A stretch of 32,000 nt of DNA from Xanthomonas campestris pv. campestris str. ATCC 33913 (GTDB lineage Bacteria > Pseudomonadota > Gammaproteobacteria > Xanthomonadales > Xanthomonadaceae), in NCBI RefSeq assembly GCF_000007145.1, contig NC_003902.1, positions 150,001-182,000 on the forward strand, written 5' to 3'. Position 1 is the first letter of the stretch, and each line of letters opens with the position of its first letter. The translations under genes were made by a program, and so were the position numbers. Below the pieces are notes generated by a model, which saw nothing but the letters and a program-made list of their open reading frames with translations, was not told the origin of the DNA and searched no databases. Of this stretch, positions 23,925 to 32,000 are shown in pieces.

Positions 23925-26900
23925 ATGCGGATGTGTGTAGTGAATGAAGCGGCGGTTGCCGATCCATCCAGGCTGGAAGCGCGCTGCGTGGCGGCGCGTG
24001 AAGCCGGTTGTGACTATGTAGTGGTGGCGCCGCCGTTTGCGCATGACGCGCAAGGGCGCCTGGTGGAACCCAACGCCGGCGATGCCCAGGCGCAGCAACT
24101 GCAGACCTGCGTGGAGGCCGCGCAACGGGCGGGCGTCAAGCTGCTGCTGGATGTGCGCCTGGACGAGGTGGGCGGCTCCAGTGCGGTGGTGCGCGATAAC
24201 CCGCAGTGGTTCCGCGCCCGCAGCACCGCAGTACCGGATCCGCGCCAGCCGCGTGCCACGCCCGAGGTGGCTGAGGCGCGCTTTGCCTATGCGCAGGAAG
24301 GTGCGGCGCTGGTGGAGTGGTGGAGTGCGCGCTTGCTGGAGTGGGTCAACCAGGGCGTGGGCGGCTTCTGTTTGCTACAGCCCCAGCAGATCCCCGCACA
24401 GCGCTGGCGTGAGCTGATCACCCGTGTGCATGCACAGGCGCCGGAGGTGATCTTCGCGGCGTGGACACCCGGGTTGGGTAGCGAAGCGCTGCAGCAGCTT
24501 GCCGGTGCCGGCTTCGATGCGGCGTTCTCCTCGTTGGCCTGGTGGGATGGCCGTGGCAGCTGGTTCTTCGATGAAGACGCCGCGCTGCGTGCGCTGGCCA
24601 AGCGGGTGGTGGCGATTGTCGAGGCTGCCGACGGCAGCAGCGCCGCACGCCGCGCGCAGCATTGGCAGCTGGCGAGCGCACTCGGTGGCGCCTGGGTGCT
24701 GGAAGACCATCAGCTGGAGTCGTTGCCGTTGCGCGTGCGCGCCACCGATGGCCCGCAGCCGGACAACGCCGGCCTGCGGCTGCGGCCGCTGTTGCGCGAA
24801 GGCACCGGCCTGACGGCGGTGGCGGTGGAGCCGCTTGGCGGGCTGCCCTCGCTCTTGCTGATCAACGGCGACCCCGATCATGTGGTGCCGGTGCCCGCAC
24901 CGGATCTGTTGCGCCTGCTCGGCGACGCCGAGGCATTGGTGGCCGAAGACGGGCGTACGCTCTCCGGCTCCACGCTGGAGGCGCTGGAACCCGGCGAAGT
25001 GCGTGTGTACCGCAGCGTGCCGGCGCGGCACGTGCTGGCAGTCCCGCGCATGCGCCCGCGTGTGCAGACGGCGGCGGCGTGGCCACGGGTGTGCATCGAG
25101 TCGGTGACGCCATCGGTGGACAACGGGCGCTTCCCAGTGAAGCGCACCGTCGGCGACCGCATCTGCGTGGAGGCCGATGCCTTTTGCGACGGGCATGACC
25201 GCATTGCGGTAGCGGTGCTGTGGCGCCCGGCCGATGCCAAGACCTGGGCCAGTGCGCCGATGCGTGCGCTGGGCAACGACCGCTGGCGCGCGGAGTTCCC
25301 GCTCGAGCGCATCGGCACCTACGAATTCCGCGTGGAAGGGTGGCGCGACGTGTTCGCTACCTTGCATGCGGATCTGGAAAAGAAGCGCGCCGCCAGCACC
25401 GTGCTGCCGGTGGACGTGCAGGAAGCGGTGGCGGTGGTGCAGGCTGCGCATGCACGCAGCGAAGGCGCGCTGGCCACCCAGTTGCAGGACATCCTCACCC
25501 GCATCGGCGCACAGAGCGAGCCGTTGCAGCAATTGGCGATCGTGCTGGAGCCCGACACCGCGCAAGCGATGGCGCTGGCCGACGACAAGCCGTTCCGCTC
25601 CGAATACCCGGTGACGTTCCGGGTGGAATCCGAGCGCCGCGCGGCGCATTTCTCCAGCTGGTATGAATTGTTCCCGCGCTCGCAGAGTGGTGACGGGCAG
25701 CGCCACGGCACCTTCGACGATGTGATCGGGCGGCTGGCGCATATCCGCGCGATGAACTTCGACGTGCTGTACATGCCGCCAATCCACCCGATTGGCGCCA
25801 AGAACCGCAAGGGCCGCAACAATGCGGTCACCGCGCAGGATGGCGAACCCGGCAGCCCGTACGCCATTGGTGCCGCCGATGGCGGGCACACCGAAGTGCA
25901 TGCCGAACTCGGCGGGCTGGAGGGCTTCCGCCGGCTGATCCAGGCCGCACGCGCGCATGGCCTGGAAGTGGCGTTGGATTTTGCAATCCAGTGCGCGCCC
26001 GACCACCCGTGGCTGCAGGAGCACAAGGACTGGTTCACCTGGCGCGCGGATGGCTCGATCCCGTACGCGGAGAACCCGCCGAAGAAATACCAGGACATCG
26101 TCAACGTTGATTTTTACGCCAGCGGTGCGGTGCCGGATTTGTGGAACACGCTGCGCGACGCGGTGCTGTTCTGGGTCAACGAAGGCGTCACCCTGTTCCG
26201 CGTGGACAACCCGCACACCAAGCCGTTCCCGTTCTGGGAATGGTTGATTGCCGATGTGCGCGGGCGCCGCCCGGACGTGGTGTTCCTGTCCGAAGCCTTT
26301 ACCCGGCCGAAGATGATGTACCGCCTGGCCAAGTGCGGCTTCTCGCAGTCGTACACCTACTTCACCTGGCGCAACCACAAGCACGAGCTGCGCGAGTACA
26401 TCGAAGAGCTCAACGACGGCGTGCCGCGCGAGTGTTTCCGCCCGCATTTCTTCGTCAATACGCCAGACATCAACCCGCTGTTCCTGCAGACCAGCGGGCG
26501 CAACGGGCACCTGATCCGCGCCGCGCTCGCCACCACGCTCTCCGGGTTGTGGGGCATGTACCAGGGCTTTGAACTGTGCGAAGCCACCCCGTTGGCGCCG
26601 GGCAAGGAAGAGTATCTGGACTCGGAGAAATACCAGCTGCGTGCCTGGCCCGAGCGGGCACCGGGCGACATCGTCGATGAGATCACCCGCTTCAACCAGC
26701 TGCGCCGCATGCACCCGGAATTGCAGTCGCATCTGGGCACGCGCTTCTACCAGGCGCACAACGATCAGGTGCTGTACTTCGGCAAATTTCTGGATGCCGG
26801 CTACCTGTCGCGCAGCCGCAGCATGGTGCTGGTGGCGATCAACCTGGACCCGCAGGCGGGCCAGGATGCCGAGGTTGAAATTCCGCTGTGGGAGTTGGGC

Positions 26901-27037
26901 CTGCCCGATCACGCCAGCGTGGCGGTGGAAGACCTGTGGGACGGCCATCGCTTCACGTGGCATGGCAAGACGCAACACATCCGGTTAGAGGCGACGCGGC
27001 CGTTCGCGTTATGGCGCATCCGCGCAGGAGAGGTCGC

Positions 27038-27041
<4 letters not shown>
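23925..27041 (+). CDS. glgE: Alpha-1,4-glucan:maltose-1-phosphate maltosyltransferase GlgE, with an N-terminal extension of about 390 aa (1038 aa total)
   Basis: From about aa 390 it is colinear with GlgE as I recall the mycobacterial enzyme: [115 protein letters not shown]. The ATG at 23925 follows aagggg. The same frame stays open and high-GC3 through the extension. Confidence 0.88.
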
Positions 27042-30384
<3,343 letters not shown>

Positions 30385-30388
<4 letters not shown>

Positions 30389-32000
30389 TGAGTGGAGTAA
30401 TGACTGCAGTGACGAATCGATGGGACCCCGGCGTGACCCGCGCCCTGGCCGAAGCGCGGCACGGCGATGCATTCGCCGTGCTGGGCGCACATCCCAGCAC
30501 CAACGGCCGCCTGCTGCGCACCTATCACCCCGGCGCCGAGCACGTCACCGCCGTGCTGGCGGATGGGCGCGAGGTACCGCTGGAAGCCGGCCCGGAACCG
30601 GGCCTGTTTGCCGGTGAATTGCCGGCGGAGGGGCGCTACCGCCTGCGGATCGGCTGGCCGGGCGGCACCCAGGACACCGCAGACCCGTACGCGTTCGGGC
30701 CGCTGCTCAGCGACTTCGACCTGCACCTGATCAGCGAAGGCCACCATCTGCAGCTGGCCGATGCGCTGGGCGCCAATGCGGTGGAAGTGGACGGCGTGCG
30801 CGGTACGCGCTTTGCGGTGTGGGCACCGAACGCCTCGCGCGTGGCGGTGGTAGGCGACTTCAATAGCTGGGACGCGCGCCGGCACCCGATGCGGCTGCGC
30901 CACCAGGCCGGCGTGTGGGAGCTGTTCGTGCCCGACGTGGGCCCCGGCGCGCACTACAAATATCAGCTGCGTGGTCCGCATGGGCATGAACTGCCGGCCA
31001 AGGCCGACCCGGTGGCACGCCGCGCCGAACTGGCGCCGGGCACTGCCTCGATCGTGGCCGACCCCACGCCGCACCAGTGGAGCGACGACGGCTGGATGGC
31101 CACGCGTGCGCGCCGCCAGGCGCACGACGCACCGATGAGCATCTACGAGATCCATGCCGGCTCCTGGCTGCGCGAGGAAGGCCTGGATCTGGATTGGGAT
31201 GGCCTGGCCGATCGCCTGATTCCGTACGTGGCCGACATGGGCTTCACCCATGTGGAGCTGATGCCGGTGACCGAGCATCCGTTCGGTGGCTCGTGGGGCT
31301 ACCAGCCGTTGGGCCTGTTCGCGCCCACCGCGCGCTTCGGCAGCCCGGATGGCTTTGCGCGCTTTGTCGACCGCTGCCACCGCGAAGGCATCGGCGTGAT
31401 CGTGGACTGGGTGCCGGCACACTTTCCCACCGACGCGCACGGCCTGGCCCACTTCGACGGCACCGCGCTGTATGAACACGCCGACCCGCGCGAGGGCTTC
31501 CACCGCGACTGGAATACGCTGATCTACAACCATGGCCGCCGCGAGGTGTCTGGCTTTCTGATCGCCAGCGCGCTGGAGTTCCTGCAGCGCTATCACGTCG
31601 ATGGCCTGCGCGTGGATGCGGTGGCCTCGATGCTCTACCGCGACTACAGCCGCAATGCCGGTGAGTGGGTGCCCAACATCCATGGCGGCCGCGAAAACTA
31701 CGAAACCATCGCCTTCCTGCGCCGGCTCAACGAGGTGGTGCGCGAGCACGCGCCGGGTGCGGTGACCATTGCCGAAGAATCCACCGCCTGGCCGGGCGTG
31801 ACCGCGGATGTGTCGCATGGCGGCCTGGGCTTCCACTACAAGTGGAACATGGGCTGGATGCACGACACGTTGCATTACATCGGGCTGGACCCGATCTATC
31901 GCCGCTACCACCATGGCGAGCTGACTTTCAGCATGGTGTACGCGTACTCGGAGCGCTTCGTGCTGCCGATCTCGCACGACGAAGTGGTGCACGGCAAGGG
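30385..32000 (+). CDS. glgB: 1,4-alpha-glucan branching enzyme GlgB, 5' part (3' end off-window)
   Basis: The ATGATG start overlaps the treS stop. Blocks are [95 protein letters not shown] and the closing [10 protein letters not shown]. Confidence 0.93.

Overview
High-GC gammaproteobacterial sequence that looks like a Xanthomonas-type chromosome; this is inferred from composition and gene content, and no search was run. Two conserved carbohydrate loci flank an accessory island of about 13 kb. LEFT CORE (1-9514, + strand): the 3' end of one TonB-dependent receptor, a complete second TonB-dependent receptor, a CE8 pectin methylesterase, a PL10-type pectate lyase, and a 1295-aa secreted LamG-like protein of unknown activity. 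This is a pectin-utilisation locus. ISLAND (about 9515-22473, lower and patchy GC) has three parts. (i) An integron-type gene cassette array with no integrase in the window. It has at least six attC recombination sites, each following a short + strand ORF. The ORFs are a His-rich secreted peptide, a 4-TM protein, a KTSC protein, an acidic 101-aa protein, a TIR-domain protein, a dCMP-deaminase-like protein, and a final cassette ORF split by an IS5-family element. (ii) An IS4-family element that has truncated the array on one side and a FecI-like ECF sigma factor gene on the other. (iii) An rhs polymorphic-toxin locus. It holds a 1501-aa Sec-signal Rhs protein with an AT-rich C-terminal toxin and a 2-TM immunity candidate. 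Next comes an orphan rhs core/toxin/immunity module sharing about 0.92 kb with the main gene. A third 250-bp rhs stub follows, cut off by a solo end of a related IS4-family element. RIGHT CORE (22474-32000): two small - strand genes, then the alpha-glucan operon glgE - treS/pep2 fusion - glgB (3' end off-window), with overlapping stop/start codons. The best candidates for undescribed biology are the cassette-borne TIR protein and its deaminase neighbour (possible single-cassette anti-phage functions). The two unclassified Rhs toxin/immunity pairs are also candidates. No rRNA, tRNA or CRISPR was seen.
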